Shown: positions 1 to 20,834, counted from the stretch's first letter. The stretch: 64,000 nt of DNA from Eledone cirrhosa (GCA_964016885.1 OZ024741.1:275590001-275654000); one strand, 5' to 3'. The notes: generated by a model from the letters alone, not told the origin. Program-made: numbers and translations.

Positions 1-550
<550 letters not shown>

Positions 551-661
551 TCTTTCACCGAAAGTGATTTTTCATTGCATCTCTTCTTTCCATGATATCC
601 GGATTACATTGAGTTCTTCATACGGATTGGACACTACCGTAAACTCTTGGTAGATTTATCT

Positions 662-2027
<1,366 letters not shown>

Positions 2028-2145
2028 GAGGAGACTGAGGTTGGCTGGACATGCTCACCGACATCCAGAGTTGACATTGCACTCAGTGCTCCTTTGGGAG
2101 CCCCTACATGGACACACTAGAAGAGGAAGACCAAGGTTAACATAT
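2028..2145 (+). mobile_element. ~115-bp internal fragment of an RTE-type LINE embedded in (TA)n
   Basis: Translates [39 protein letters not shown]; near-identical to the reverse complement of 55660-55810. Confidence 0.85.
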
Positions 2146-2156
2146 ATATATATATG

Positions 2157-2187
<31 letters not shown>

Positions 2188-2440
2188 GTATATAATTAAC
2201 AATATATTTAGAAACACACAGATACATGCGGACACACACATATATACATGAATGCATCCGCACCCAACTGTGAGTTAAGGGTGCCAACTTCACCGATGTT
2301 GCTCAATGAATGACTGGGACAGACCAATTCAGTTGAACTAGACTGAACCAGTATCAGAGTTAAAAATACATTATGAAGAGAGAAGAAACATTTAGATATA
2401 ATTAGTAATAAAATGTATCATACCTAAACTGCTCCTAAAT

Positions 2441-2530
2441 TCCTCGACTACGTAGTTTGGTGGCATAAACAAAAACAATATATCATAAAGATATAGAGTC
2501 CTTGCGAGGTCTGCCGACTTATGAAGAGGA
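2441..2530 (-). ncRNA. Decayed hammerhead-like motif (U3:A8 type)
   Basis: Minus strand tcctc-TTcATAA-gtcggca...tgccac-cAAA-ctacgtag-TC-gagga; stems I-III pair, two core G>C changes. Confidence 0.45.
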
Positions 2531-2692
2531 TACCTCATTTTACTAGTCTCAAGAACGCGTCTACACGACGTGAGAAAGAATCCCAAAAGGCGGAGGGTGA
2601 GATAGTCACGCGATATAACGGTCGAGAAACAGAGCTAAGCCTCTTATAACCACGAAGAAAATACCACGGAGGCGGAGGGGGTATTTATATCG

Positions 2693-2731
2693 ATGTATAT
2701 CTATATATATATATGTATATCTATATATATG

Positions 2732-2829
<98 letters not shown>

Positions 2830-2837
2830 TATATACG

Positions 2838-2868
<31 letters not shown>

Positions 2869-2875
2869 GTATATA

Positions 2876-2925
<50 letters not shown>

Positions 2926-2943
2926 TGTGTATATATATATATG

Positions 2944-2990
<47 letters not shown>

Positions 2991-3005
2991 GTATATATAT
3001 ATATG

Positions 3006-3086
<81 letters not shown>

Positions 3087-3099
3087 GTATATATATATG

Positions 3100-3130
<31 letters not shown>

Positions 3131-3289
3131 GTATATATATATATGTATATATATATATGTATATATATATATGTATATATATATATATGTATATATATAT
3201 ATGTATATATATCTATATGTATATATATATGTATATATATATATATGTATATATATATGTATATATATATATGTATATATATATATATG

Positions 3290-3321
<32 letters not shown>

Positions 3322-3561
3322 TATGTATATGTATATGTATATATATATGTATATGTATATGTATATATATATATATATGTATATGTATATATATATATAT
3401 GTATATGTATATATATATGTATATATATATATATATGTACATGTATATATATATGTACATGTATATATATATATATATGTATATATATATGTATATATAT
3501 ATGTATATGTATATGTATATGTATATATATATGTATATATATATGTATATATATATATATG
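2693..3561. repeat. (TA)n array, G-type on + strand
   Basis: Read directly. Confidence 0.97.
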
Positions 3562-4399
3562 AAGACAGGGGGAAGAAAAAATGGCTTCACTTGTGCTTTC
3601 AACAAATTTATTTTCTTCACAAAATCCAAAAAGAATTTTTCTTAAAAAAAAAAATTTTATAAATTAAGTTGTTGGTTGTTGGTTTCGTCTTAGGAGTTCT
3701 TGGTTAACGTAGGAGGTATTGTTTCGTTTTTAGAAAGACCTTTCACGCTGAGGTGCGCTTGTCAAACTGATGTGTATGTGGTGTGTTGTTCTATATATAG
3801 GGATTTAACATGTCTGTGGAGTGGTGGGGGTTTCTTTTCTCCCCCTTTAATAAGTGCATGGGTGTAGGTGTGTTGAAAAAGTGTTCATAGCATTAATGAG
3901 TTGAGACGGTGAGTAGAGTTGGGTGGGGAGAAATTTAGCAAGTGCGGCCTGCCCCGGTCATTCTCGAAAAATTTCTTTATTCAGGGGAAAAAGCTTTTAG
4001 CATTGCTTTTGTGTTGAGAATGGTCACAGGCAAATCGCACCTGTCAAGTTTGTGAATAATTATTTTTTTATTTTTTTCCTGAAGAATTTTTCTACGTCCA
4101 TCCCAAAGTTAGTCCTTTGTTCAACACACACATATATGTGTGCATGTACGTACATACACACACGGGCATATGTAGGAATATATAGGCACACACCATGAAT
4201 CACACACCCATGTACAAATACATACACAAAAACATATAGAGACACATATAAAAACACACATACACATACGTACACACACGAATATGTACTTATACCTCCA
4301 CATGGGTACATATATATATATATATACACATATATATACACATATACATACATACATATATATATATATACATACATACATATACACATACATACACAT

Positions 4400-4481
<82 letters not shown>

Positions 4482-4538
4482 ACATATACATACATACATA
4501 TACATACATATACACACATAAAGATACATAATTAAATA

Positions 4539-4626
<88 letters not shown>

Positions 4627-4743
4627 TACATACACATACAAATACACATATGTACACATAAATACATACAGACACATACACACATATACACATACATATA
4701 CACATACATATACACATACATACATATCCATATACATATATAT

Positions 4744-4813
<70 letters not shown>

Positions 4814-4921
4814 ATATATATATACACATACATACACATACACATACACACACATACAAGTACATACATACACACATACATACATACACATACATGTACA
4901 TACATACATACATACATACAC

Positions 4922-4952
<31 letters not shown>

Positions 4953-5253
4953 TACATACATATATATATACATATATATATACATATATATACACATACA
5001 TACACACATACACACATACATATATATATATGTGCGTATACACGAGCACATAAAGACACATATACACACACACATATATATACATATATATACATATATA
5101 TACACATACATCTACATACATACATACATATACACAAACAGAAACATACACATATGTACACACATATATACATATATGCACATACATACACACACACACA
5201 TATATATAGGTACATACACATACATACACACACACATAAACATACATATCTAT

Positions 5254-5336
<83 letters not shown>

Positions 5337-5381
5337 TATATACAAACATACACATACATACATGTACATATACACATATAT

Positions 5382-5414
<33 letters not shown>

Positions 5415-5480
5415 CATATATATATACATATATATATATACACACACACATACAAACATACACACATCCATACATATATG

Positions 5481-5523
<43 letters not shown>

Positions 5524-5674
5524 ACACCCACATACATATATACCCACACGTACATACATCCATACATCCCTACACACATATATGTGTGTGTCTCACCGTT
5601 CATTCAGATATTCATGTGTATAAATAAGAAGAGGGGGGGGGTAGTGAAATGGAATTTTACCTCCGAGTGTTAAT

Positions 5675-7660
5675 TCATTTTTTCGTGTTCAGTAGTGGTT
5701 TAAATTTTTCAATGAAGAATTCTTCTTTATATCTGCGGAAATGTTCGTTATCCGACCATATCTTGAAGAAAGGGAAGATTGTGAATTTTCCCTTCCTGCA
5801 TGATGCAAAGTGTGCGCTACATATGGTATTTCTGACTGTGGGGTCTTTAATCTGTTGTTTATGTACCCGGACTCTATCATGTAATCCCGTTCCGGTTTCC
5901 CCAATGTAATACTCTTTACACTGTGGACATGTTGCGCAATATATTAGGTTTTTCGTTTTGCAGTTCATGTTAGCATTGACCTTGAAATTATCATGGTTTT
6001 TGAAGGACAACTGTTTTCCCTCTTCGATGAGTTCACAGGTTCCACATCTAGGGTCCCCGCATTTCGTCACTTGCATTGATTCCATGTTGGTCGTAAATTT
6101 TGCCTTGGTAATTAGTTTTTTAAGGTTGGGTGCTTGGCGTCTGCTATAAATTATCTGTGTTTTTTTTAAGAGTGCATTCATTTTGGTAGATTGCTGTAGA
6201 ATCGGGAGATACTGCTTAGCAGTTTTCACAATGTTGATGTTCCCTGGGTTGTGACTGATGACAAAAGAGATAGCAGGGTTTTCTTTTTTATGTTGTGGGT
6301 TTGGTTTTCTCAGTGTTGTTATTGGGATGTTCTTAGCCTTGGAGATGGCTGCGTTGATGAGTTTCATCGGGTATTCTTGTTTTTTAAGGAATTTTTTCAG
6401 GTCACATAATCTTTTTTCTTGTAGTACGGGGTGTGTTGCTATAGTGCAGATGCACCTTGCCATGTTGAAGGGAATGTTCCTTTTCGTATGTGAGGGGTGT
6501 GCTGACCGGAAATTTAAGTATTGGTGTGTCAGTGGGTTTGCAAAATAGGTCCGTTATGATATTTTCCCCTTCTTTAATGATGAGGATATCTAGAAAGGGC
6601 AGTTCCTTTTCGTTACATTCCATAGTGAATTGTATAGCTTCATGAAGCCTGTTTAGGATCGAATAACATTTTTGTAGGTCTGTTTGGCTTCTGTTCCAGA
6701 AGATGAAGCAGTCATCTAGGTAACGTTTCCAGTTTTTATTAATGTAGAAGGCGAAGTCGTGACTGAATGTTATCTGTAGTTGGGAATATAATTTTGCCTC
6801 TAAGTGACCCATAACGAGCGTTGCATATGGCTGTTCCTTTTATTTGTAGATAAAGTTCGTTGTCAAAGAGGAAGTGGTTGTTTTCCAATACTAATTTAAG
6901 TCCTTCCAAGATGAATTCTTTGGGGAATCTTTCTGAAATGTGACTTGAGTGTTTTGTAATCCAGAAGTCCACAGCTTCAATCCCTAGGTCGTGTGGGATG
7001 TTAGTGTACAGGCTTATTACATCAAAACTGACTAGGATTGTATCCTGGTGTACTTTTTGGGGGATAAAGTTAAGGAATTCCATATCATCTCTGATGTAGC
7101 TTGGAACTTTTTTACATAGGGGTTTGAGTATGATGTCTAATAGGTTGCTTAGACGTTGTGTGCTTGAGGCTGGGCCAGCAATAATGGGGCGTAATTTTAA
7201 ATCTGTCGGTTTTGGTGCTTCGATGTATGATGTATTTTTCCCTTTTATGTTGTTTTGGATTTCTATGGATTTGTGAATTTTTGGTAATCCATAGAAATTG
7301 CTGGTTTTCATTTCGAAGTTGGTTAGGTAATCTACTTCTTTTGGTGTTAGGTTGTTTTGGTACTTTGTTGTTAGTTTGCCTATTTGGTTCCTCGATTTCC
7401 TTTCTTCGTTTTTAGTGATTTTCCTGTAGAAGTTTTCGTCATTCAAGTGTGCTAGGACCATATCTTTGTAGTGGTTTGTGTCCATGATGACGATTGCTCC
7501 ACCTTTGTCCGCTTCTTTTATTATTATTGAGGAATCTCTTTGTAGCTTGTTCAATGCTAGTAGTTGGTCTGTAGGGAAGTTGCATTTGTGTTTCGTCTCG
7601 GCCGTATTTGTACGTACTGATCGGCGAAGGCAGGTTATGTATTCCTCCAGGTATTTATCT
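5675..7660 (-). pseudogene. PLE reverse transcriptase + GIY-YIG endonuclease, frameshifted
   Basis: Three overlapping ORFs: [57 protein letters not shown] Zn-knuckle, NLIYCATC..YYIGET. Confidence 0.92.
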
Positions 7661-7666
7661 CTATTT

Positions 7667-7757
<91 letters not shown>

Positions 7758-7928
7758 ACGTGTGTGTGTGCGTGTGTGTGTGTGTGTGTGTGTATGTGTG
7801 CGTGTATGTGTATATATGTATATTTAGTTATGTATCTTTATGTGTGTATATGTATGTATATGTATGTATGTATATGTATGTATATATGTATATATGTATA
7901 TATATGTATATGTATATATATATGTATG

Positions 7929-7959
<31 letters not shown>

Positions 7960-7966
7960 ATGTATG

Positions 7967-7997
<31 letters not shown>

Positions 7998-8476
7998 ATA
8001 TGTATGTATATGTATATATATATATATATGTATGTATATATGTATGTATATGTGTATGTATGTATATATGTATATATATATGTATGTATGTATATGTGTG
8101 TATATATATGTATGTATGTATGTATATGTATATGTATATATATATATGTATATATATATGTATATATATATATGTATGTATATATATGTATATGTATATA
8201 TATATGTATATATATATGTATGTATATATATATATATATGTATATATATATGTATGTATATATATATGTATGTATATGTATATGTATGTATATATATATA
8301 TATGTATGTATATATGTATGTATGTATATATATATATATATGTATATGTGTATGTATGTATGTATATATATATGTATGTATATATATATGTATGTATATA
8401 TATATATATGTATGTATATATATATGTATGTATGTATATATATATGTATGTATATATATATGTATGTATATACATA

Positions 8477-9090
8477 TGTGTCAGGTCACCAGTTGGTGCT
8501 ACTGGTAACATGTATCCCAGTACAATCTGTCTCATGGTCGGGTCGTTGGCGATTAAACTGGCAACCCCACCAAGGTTTCTTGGTGAGGAGGGTGACTTTG
8601 GACATCCTGCAGGACTAAAAACAAAACCTGTCAAAGGGTAAAGGAGCTCTTAAGAGTCAATGCCATCCAAAATCACCGGGAGAGATGACCCCTTAGCCTT
8701 TGTCAAGGCAGAATTCTAGGAGAAGGAAAACTCTGATATAACACCTGCAACCCTGATGGTATCCAATGATGTTGAATTGTTCTTCTTTTTGGTAAATATC
8801 ATCTTGGTTAAGAGAGTGGGACTGGCTTTGTGCAGTGCCTTTGCTCACTATAAAAGCTTCACAGCACAGGCATTGCTTTATATCTGGAGATCTCTCTGCA
8901 CTTGTCGTCACATGGTACCATGGGCCCAGCACTATGTGTCAATAATTGTCACAAGTGTAGTGTTTGTACCAGAGTTTTCAAGTCGCTGGCTGGACTAAAA
9001 AGTCACATTCGTTCAGCGCATTGGTAGAGGTTCTCCTACATGGATATAAAGTAGTGGCCGTACTCGAAAACGAGTTGGCAGCCACCATAT
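8477..9090 (+). mobile_element. Internally deleted, non-autonomous RTE derivative (putative 5' UTR joined to zinc-finger 3' end, (TATG)n tail)
   Basis: 8905-9088 matches the reverse complement of RTE 3' end 36960-37142 (CSVCTRVFKSLAGLKSH); upstream part resembles RTE 5' UTR (tctaggagaaggaaaactctg). Confidence 0.65.
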
Positions 9091-9147
9091 ATATATATAT
9101 GTGCGTGTGTATGTGTGTGTATGTGTATATGTATGTGTATATGTATG

Positions 9148-9190
<43 letters not shown>

Positions 9191-9199
9191 ATGTGTATA

Positions 9200-9230
<31 letters not shown>

Positions 9231-9769
9231 GTACCCATGTGGAGGTATGAGTACATATTCGTGTGTGTACGTATGTGTATGTGTGTTTTTATATGTGTCT
9301 CTATATGTTTTTGTGTATGTATTTGTACATGGGTGTGTGATTGATGGTGTGTGCCTATATATTCCTACATATGCCCGTGTGTGTATGTACGTATATGCAC
9401 ACATATGTGTGTGTTGAACAAAGGACTAACTTTGGGATGGACGTAGAAAAATTCTTCAGGAAAAAAATAAAAAAATAATTATTCACAAACTTGACAGGTG
9501 CGATTTGCTTGTGACCATTCTCAACACAAAAGCAATACTAAAAGCTTTTTCCCCTGAATAAAGGAATTTTTCGAGAATGACCGGGGCAGGCCGCACTTGC
9601 TACATTTCTCCCCACCCAACCCTACTCACCGTCTCAACTCATTACTGCTATGAACACTTTTTCAACACACCTACACCCATGCACTTATTAAAGGGGGAGA
9701 AAAGAAACCCCCACCACACCACAGATATGTTAAATCCCTATATATAGAACAACACACCACATACACATC

Positions 9770-9806
9770 AGTTTGACAAGCGCACCTCAGCGTGAAAGGT
9801 CTTTCT
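9770..9806 (+). ncRNA. Minimal hammerhead-like motif in pLTR (mirror copy 3732-3768, -)
   Basis: TTGACAA-gcgc-acctca-gcgt-GAAA-ggtc-TT; U3:A8 core variant; stem I weak. Confidence 0.5.
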
Positions 9807-10015
9807 AAAAACGAAACAATACCTCCTACGTTAACCAAGAACTCCTAAGACCTAACCAACAACCAACAACTTAATTTATAAAATAATTTTTTTTAAGAAA
9901 AATTCTTTTTGGATTTTGTGAAGAAAATAAATTTGTTGAAAGCACAAGTGAAGCCATTTTTTCTTCCCCCTGTCTTAATATACCTAACTGTACCAAGGAT
10001 TACACACATTTTCCA

Positions 10016-11169
<1,154 letters not shown>

Positions 11170-11170
<1 letters not shown>

Positions 11171-13300
11171 AATTCAAAAGTTCTATTTAAAGTTGTTGGG
11201 ATACAACAAGTAAATCTATTTATAACTGATATAAAGCACTCGACAAGTTTTTGGAGTAGATATACGATATTAATAAATGGAAACTATATTTATAAAACGA
11301 TATTTATTTCATTATACATATTTCAGGGATACCATATTAAATTATGGTATGCCTTCATCAGACAAAATACAATATATAACAGTTTTAAATATTAAATATT
11401 CGATGAATTGGAGTATTATTTCATAGGCTCCTCCTTTTAATTCCTCTTCAGAGAATTGTGATCTTTGTATTGAAGAAATATTCTTTATATTAAAGTCCAA
11501 ACATTCCCTTAATCTAAGGAACAATTTATTCAGTTGCTGAAGACATAGATTGAACTCAACGTTTAAATATAAATATAAATTTAAAATGTAGTATAAATAC
11601 TTAAGTAATTTTAGTTAATATATGGAACCTGTCGATAAATCATTAGATTCCTTCACCTTTTTCTTTTTAAACTTTCTTCCTAAATATAAACAAGGATATA
11701 ATAAACTACTCTAAAATGTCTATACTTCCAATGTATTAAATAAAATATATGTCAGATAAATTTCTATACTAAATATAAGGTATCTGTAGAATCATTGGGT
11801 TTTTTTTTTATTTTTTAAATCTTTTAAATTATTTTTATTTATTTGTTTTGATTATGATAGCTTCTCATAACTTTCATATGTCTACCCTTTCAATATCTTG
11901 ATTGAGATATACGTAGGATAAATTTCTATACTAAATATATAAAACATATTATTTTAACTTAAGATACTCTATAGTGTTTTAAAGATATTTAATGCTTTGA
12001 TATTTCTAGATTTCTTTTGTCTATACTGATATAGCTGCATTTCCAGAATATACTCCTTTGGTATTTTAAATTTATTTTGTTATGGTTATGTTTATAATCC
12101 TTTAGTGAAATATTGATATTTGATTATCTCTATACAAATGCATATGTGTGTATTAACATGCATAAAAAGTGTTATAGATTTTTTTTGTGTCTATATATGT
12201 CTGTATATATACATGAGTGATGCGTGACGACGCACGCAAATATTTATTTATACATATGTATGTGTATATATGTATGTGTATATATCTATGTGGTTGGGAG
12301 GTATGTTGCAGATATGCATAATATTAGACACATGAATGGTAATCGTATATATGAGGACATGAATGTTGATCGTATATATTTGTATATATATACTGTGAAA
12401 TTTTTATAACACAGAGAATGTATAGCAGTGATTAAGAGAAATCACTTACGTTTTGTATGGCTATATTGTTGGCTTGAGTAAACATAATTTCTATTTTCAG
12501 GACGTGCGTATCTATATGTATATATATATACATGTATATTTGTATGTCTTTGCATAAATTACTGATCTCTATAGCAAGGGTACATTTTGAACTCAGATTT
12601 TGATATATTGATCTCAAGTTTCTAAACTAAACATATAGTCATTATTGATCAATGTTTAATTTCTCATATTATATATCTATGTCCCATTCATGAATATTGA
12701 TACTTATATTTTTATTATTCATTTCATATGAATTGTTAACTCAACTTAATATGACATGACGTAAAGTTTTCATCGTCCCCCCCTCTCTCTATATAGTATT
12801 TCTCTCTCTTGAGTTTTTCTCTCTGTATGATGACTTGATATCTCTCTGTTGCCTTCCTTTGTTTTTCTTATTTCTTCCTTTTCTTTCTTTTTTATTTTTT
12901 ATTTTTTATTTTTTATTTCCTCCTATCTTTATTTATCTCTTTCTTTTCTCCATACATTTCTCTCTCTCTCCGATATTTCTCCAGGTTTTCTTTCTTTCTT
13001 TCTCTATCTCCGTCTTTGTTCTTTTCTCTCTCTCCGTCTTTTTTCTTTTTCTTTATCTCCGTCTTTTTCTAATTGTGCTTAACACTATGACTTATTAAAA
13101 CAATATAAACAATTGACTATCCAGACAGTCTCCGAAAGTAATGGTTGTATTTTAAAAGGGTACGTCAAACCTATTTGTAAAACTGTTATATATTGTATTT
13201 TGTCTGATGAAGGCATACCATAATTTAATATGGTATCCCTGAAATATGTATAATGAAATAAATATGGTTTTATAAATATAGTTTCCATTTATTAATATCG

Positions 13301-13303
<3 letters not shown>
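11170..13303 (+). mobile_element. Short PLE remnant: inverted terminus + GIY-YIG C-terminus + AT-rich 3' region + HHR
   Basis: 11398-11570 reads YSMNWSIIS*APPFNSSSENCDLCIEEIFFILKSKHSLNLRNNLFSC*RH; 11262-11386 is the reverse complement of 13178-13303. Confidence 0.8.
13197..13259 (+). ncRNA. Hammerhead ribozyme, intact core (inverted copy 11306-11368, -)
   Basis: attttgt-CTGATGA-aggcatacca-taatttaata-tggtatccct-GAAA-tatgta-TA-atgaaat. Confidence 0.8.
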
Positions 13304-15203
<1,900 letters not shown>

Positions 15204-17372
15204 CTCTTTTACCTGTTTCAGCCATCCGGCTGAAGCCATGCTGGGGCACCGCCCTTGTTGCTACACATTTTATCTCCAGCCTGTATAGGTTGGCCACTGG
15301 TGTAGGAGGGAGTTTGTTGCTGCTGCCCTTATGTTTCCCTCGTGTCTTGCTGTGGGCTCATCCGGGATCCTGGATAACAAGGTGTCGAGATGTTTCTTAA
15401 AGACATCCACCCCCACGTCATGCAAGTCTCGCAGATGCCTCGGCAGCCTGTTGAAGAGTTGAGGGCCCTTGAATCCCAGGCTATTGCAATACCTGCTCCT
15501 TATTCTAGATGTGGAAGACGGGACCTTTGGCACCACACATTGACGTCCTGTTCGACGGTTGGTCCAGCTCCCAATGCCAAAATTTGGTGCTAGTCCCTCC
15601 AGGATTTTCCACATGTAGATCACTGCGTATCTCTCCCGTCTTCGCTCCAAGGAGTAGAGGTTCAGTTCCTTTAGCCTCTCCCAGTAGCTTGTCTCCCTCA
15701 TCTTGGCAATCCTCTTGGTGTAGCTTCGCTGGATTGCCTCAAGCTCCGTGGTTAGTTTGACACTATGGGGTGACCACAGCTGGGAGCAGTAGTCCAGGCG
15801 GCTTAGGACAAAAGTCCTCCACAGTGTCAACATGGTGTCTCGATCTCTTGTAAGGAAAGTCCTCAAGATCCAGCCAGCGAATCGTCTACATGTTGTCGCC
15901 ACCTTCATGATGTGTGAAGAAAAAGATGCATCATCGCTCATGTCTATGCCCAGGTCTCGTATCGATTTTGACACGGGGATATCGGTTCCTCCTGCTCCTG
16001 TGTAGCTGTGTTCCACTATATTTGTGTTTGCAGGTTTGTATTGTAGGGCTTGGAATTTGCCAGCATTAAACTGCATGTTGTTTTCTTCCGCCCATCTGTA
16101 TATGGCATCCAGATCCTGCTGTAAGAGGGCAGCGTCAGCCGGGTCTTTGATTGCCTGTGCTACCTTAGTGTCATCAGCATAGCTAGTGAGGGATGTTGTT
16201 GCATGCACCACAGAGGGCATGTCCGAGAGAGCCACCAAAAACAGTAGTGGTCCCAGGACTGTCCCCTGGGGCACCCCACTTGTTATCGGTGTTTCCCCCG
16301 AGAGGGCCCCATTTGCTGCGACTGCCTGGCTTCTGTCCCTTAGGAAGCCATGCAGCCACTCACCTACTTTTCCAGTTATGCCGAGTCCGTGTAGTTTGTG
16401 ACATATCATTCCGTGGTCGACCTTGTCAAAGGCCTTCGCAAAGTCAAGATATATCACGTCTACATGTGAGCTGTCTAGTACGTGTCTCAGTACCCAGTCG
16501 TAGTGATGTAGCAGCTGTGTAAGGCAGCTTCTTCCTGGGCGGAGCCATGTTGCGTGCTAGTCAGGCGGTCATTTTCTTCGAGGAAAGTGATTAGTTTCTT
16601 TCTGACGACTCGCTCCATGACCTTACTGATATGCGACGTCAGGGAGACTGGCCTATAGTTCTTCGCCTCCGCTCTACTACCTCCTTTATGGATAGGGCAT
16701 ATTGTGCCTTCTTTCAACTCCCTGGGTAGTACACCGCTAGCCAAGGAGCTTCTGAAGAGCATCTTCAGTGGAGTTGCTAAGGCCCGCTTACATATTTTTA
16801 GGAGAACTGCTGGGAATCCATCAGGTCCAGCAGCCGAGTCTGTTCTAATTTCATCAATGGCGTACACCACATCCTCCTCCGTTATGTCTATGTGGTTGAT
16901 GGTTGCCATTTCTTGATGTAGTGTTGTGGCATTAAAGAACTCCTCTGGCTTCGTTATTTGCATGTGCCTCAGTGGACATGTGAAGACACTTTTGTACTGT
17001 TCGTTCAGTATTTCACATATCTCTTGGGGATTTTCGGTTAATGAACCATCCGTGTGGAAGTGTGGTCCAATCTTGCAGTGTACTGAGGCAGTTTCTTTTG
17101 CAAATTTAAAGAAGGCCTTAGGGTTTGTTTTAATGTTTTCTATGGCCTTGTTCTCTTTCTTTGCCCTCTCATTCTCATGTGAAAGTTTCAGTGCAATCTC
17201 GGTGTCAAGTAGTGCACGTTTCAAATAGGATTCCTTCTTGTTTTGGTTTTGTTGACTATTCAACTGGTTTGAGAGTTTAGTTCTACGTCTCATAAGGATT
17301 TTCCTATCTCTGGGAATAAGATTTTTGTGTCTGTTTGCCTCTTTCTCCGGGACACACTTTTTGCATATGGTG
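15204..17372 (-). mobile_element. 5'-truncated CR1/Jockey-group LINE (RT domain, one frameshift near 16530)
   Basis: [59 protein letters not shown]; 3' end runs into (TA)n. Confidence 0.92.
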
Positions 17373-18594
<1,222 letters not shown>

Positions 18595-20144
18595 TAATAG
18601 CAGGCCCCGCTTGCGAAACGCACCGTCTTAGCAACTTCATTGATACCCTTCTCAAACCCTTCCTCAAGCACATCAAAAGCTATATAAGGGACGACCTAGA
18701 TATGCTCAATCACCTCCCTAATATGCCACTTTCTGAACAAACCCTACTAGTGACGTTCGATGTAGTCAACCTATACTCCAACATCCCCCACAACCTAGGA
18801 ATAGAAGCTATCCAATTCTGGCTGGATAACTTCCACAATGAACTCCCACAACGCATCAAAAAAGAATTCGTGATAGAGGGACTCAAATTTATCTTGGAGA
18901 ACAATTACTTCGTTTTCAATAACAAACCCTACAGGCAGAAATCTGGGACCGCTATGGGAACGAAAACAGCCCCTACGTATGCCAACCTAGTCATGGGATA
19001 CCTGGAAATCACCCTCTACACTAAAGTCCTAAACAAATTTGGAAACACCCTCCACTTACACATTGAAAGGAACTGGAAGCGATATCTTGATGACTGCTTC
19101 ATCCTTTGGCACGAAAACATCGAAAAACTTAAAGAATTTCACACCCTTATAAATGGGCTCAACACAAATATTAACTTCACGATGGAATACAGCCATCAAC
19201 AACTCCCCTTCCTCGACATCCTCATTAAGATCCATAACAAAAAAATAGAAACAGACATATACTACAAGCCCACAGACTCCAAGCAATACCTCCCCTTCAA
19301 CTCTTGCCACCCTAGACACGTTAAAATTAATATTCCCTACAACTTAGCCAAGAGAATCTGTACTATAGTCTCCAATAAAAACATCTGCTACTTACGGCTA
19401 CAAGAACTAAAGGACACACTCATAGGCAGGGACTACCCTGCATCACTAATTGACAATGGAATCCAACGTGCCCTAAAACTCAGTACCCAGGACCTTAGAC
19501 ACCCTAAAGTAAATCAACCAAAACTAAAAGCTCTTCCATACATCTCCACACACAACCCCCTCAACAACGAGGCCTTTGACACCATCCTCCAGAACATCCC
19601 TGTATTGAAAAAGGACCATAGAATGAACCAAATTCTACGAACACACGATATCATAAAGAGCAAAAGACAATCCAAGTCAATGAAAAACATCTTAACACAT
19701 GCCAAAGTACTGCCAACCACAACAACGAAACCCACAGTAAAAAAATGCGATAGACCCAACTGTGGCATTTGCATCAACCTAATAGAGGGTTCGGAATTCT
19801 ATTTCAAAGATGGACAACGTTTTATAGTAAAACACAATTTCACATGTGCATCGGAAAATTTAATATATGTATTAACTTGTTCAGGTTGTCGAGAACAATA
19901 CATAGGCCAGACCAAAAACAGCCTCCGCCAACGCATGACTGTCCATAGATCCCAAATTAAAATACGGGAATACAGGAAAATACCACTGAGTGAACACATT
20001 GATACCTGCGCCGCCCAAAATCATCCCAACTTCAGAATCTTTCCCCTCTACAAATTTAAAGATAATGCCACCCACACCCAGCGCATCAGCAAGGAATCTT
20101 ACTTCATTAACAAATACGGACCCCGTCTAAACACTTCTCCCTAA
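18595..20144 (+). mobile_element. Neptune-type PLE, 5'-truncated, uninterrupted RT + GIY-YIG reading frame (~515 codons)
   Basis: [68 protein letters not shown]; no stops until 20144. Confidence 0.93.
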
Positions 20145-20282
20145 GACGAACCCACAACATACACACGTCAACATACATACCTACATCAGCACACATCTCT
20201 ACCCACATATAAACACAATGACTCACGTAAACACACATGCTCTATGGTGCAATACAAAAAAATATATGTGCATATATATGTA

Positions 20283-20313
<31 letters not shown>

Positions 20314-20322
20314 GTAGTGAAA

Positions 20323-20369
<47 letters not shown>

Positions 20370-20767
20370 GTGAATATCATTTCACACCTTTTATTGTTAA
20401 GATTGTTGATGTTCTATTAAGAGAACCGATTTTACTGAAAAAATCGAATAATGTACACCATTTTACCAGGGGGGAAAAAAATACTGGTCCACCCACACAC
20501 GCACACACACACACACACATGTATACACAGACACATACACACGCGTACATCAACATACAAAGAGACTTATACACACACACACACACACACACACGCGCAC
20601 TTCTCCGTATAAGACAAAAGCTGAAAAATATCTTTTGACCTTCGAATGACTCTGCTGTGTGTATGTACGCACACGCACACACACACACACACACACTTAT
20701 CTTAATAGCCATTTGACACACATCGCTGGTGGCTATTGTCGCAGCATCGAACACCTTACTACTACTA

Positions 20768-20813
<46 letters not shown>

Positions 20814-20834
20814 TTGTTGTGAAAGAGTCATTTC

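Larger units (their letters stand above)
3562..9978 (-). mobile_element. 5'-truncated Penelope-like element (Neptune-type) with inverted pseudo-LTR
   Basis: RT/GIY-YIG coding remnant at 5675-7660(-). 3562-~4575 is the reverse complement of ~7670-9978 (unique core 3562-4310 vs 9230-9978 highly similar), the right arm being interrupted by 8477-9090. Confidence 0.85.

Noticed and set aside
551-661. 110-bp unique island as a possible ribozyme or CRISPR-like spacer between TA arrays
   Set aside because: No consistent hammerhead pairing or recognisable protein motif; islands vary in size and most are TE fragments, so not CRISPR-like
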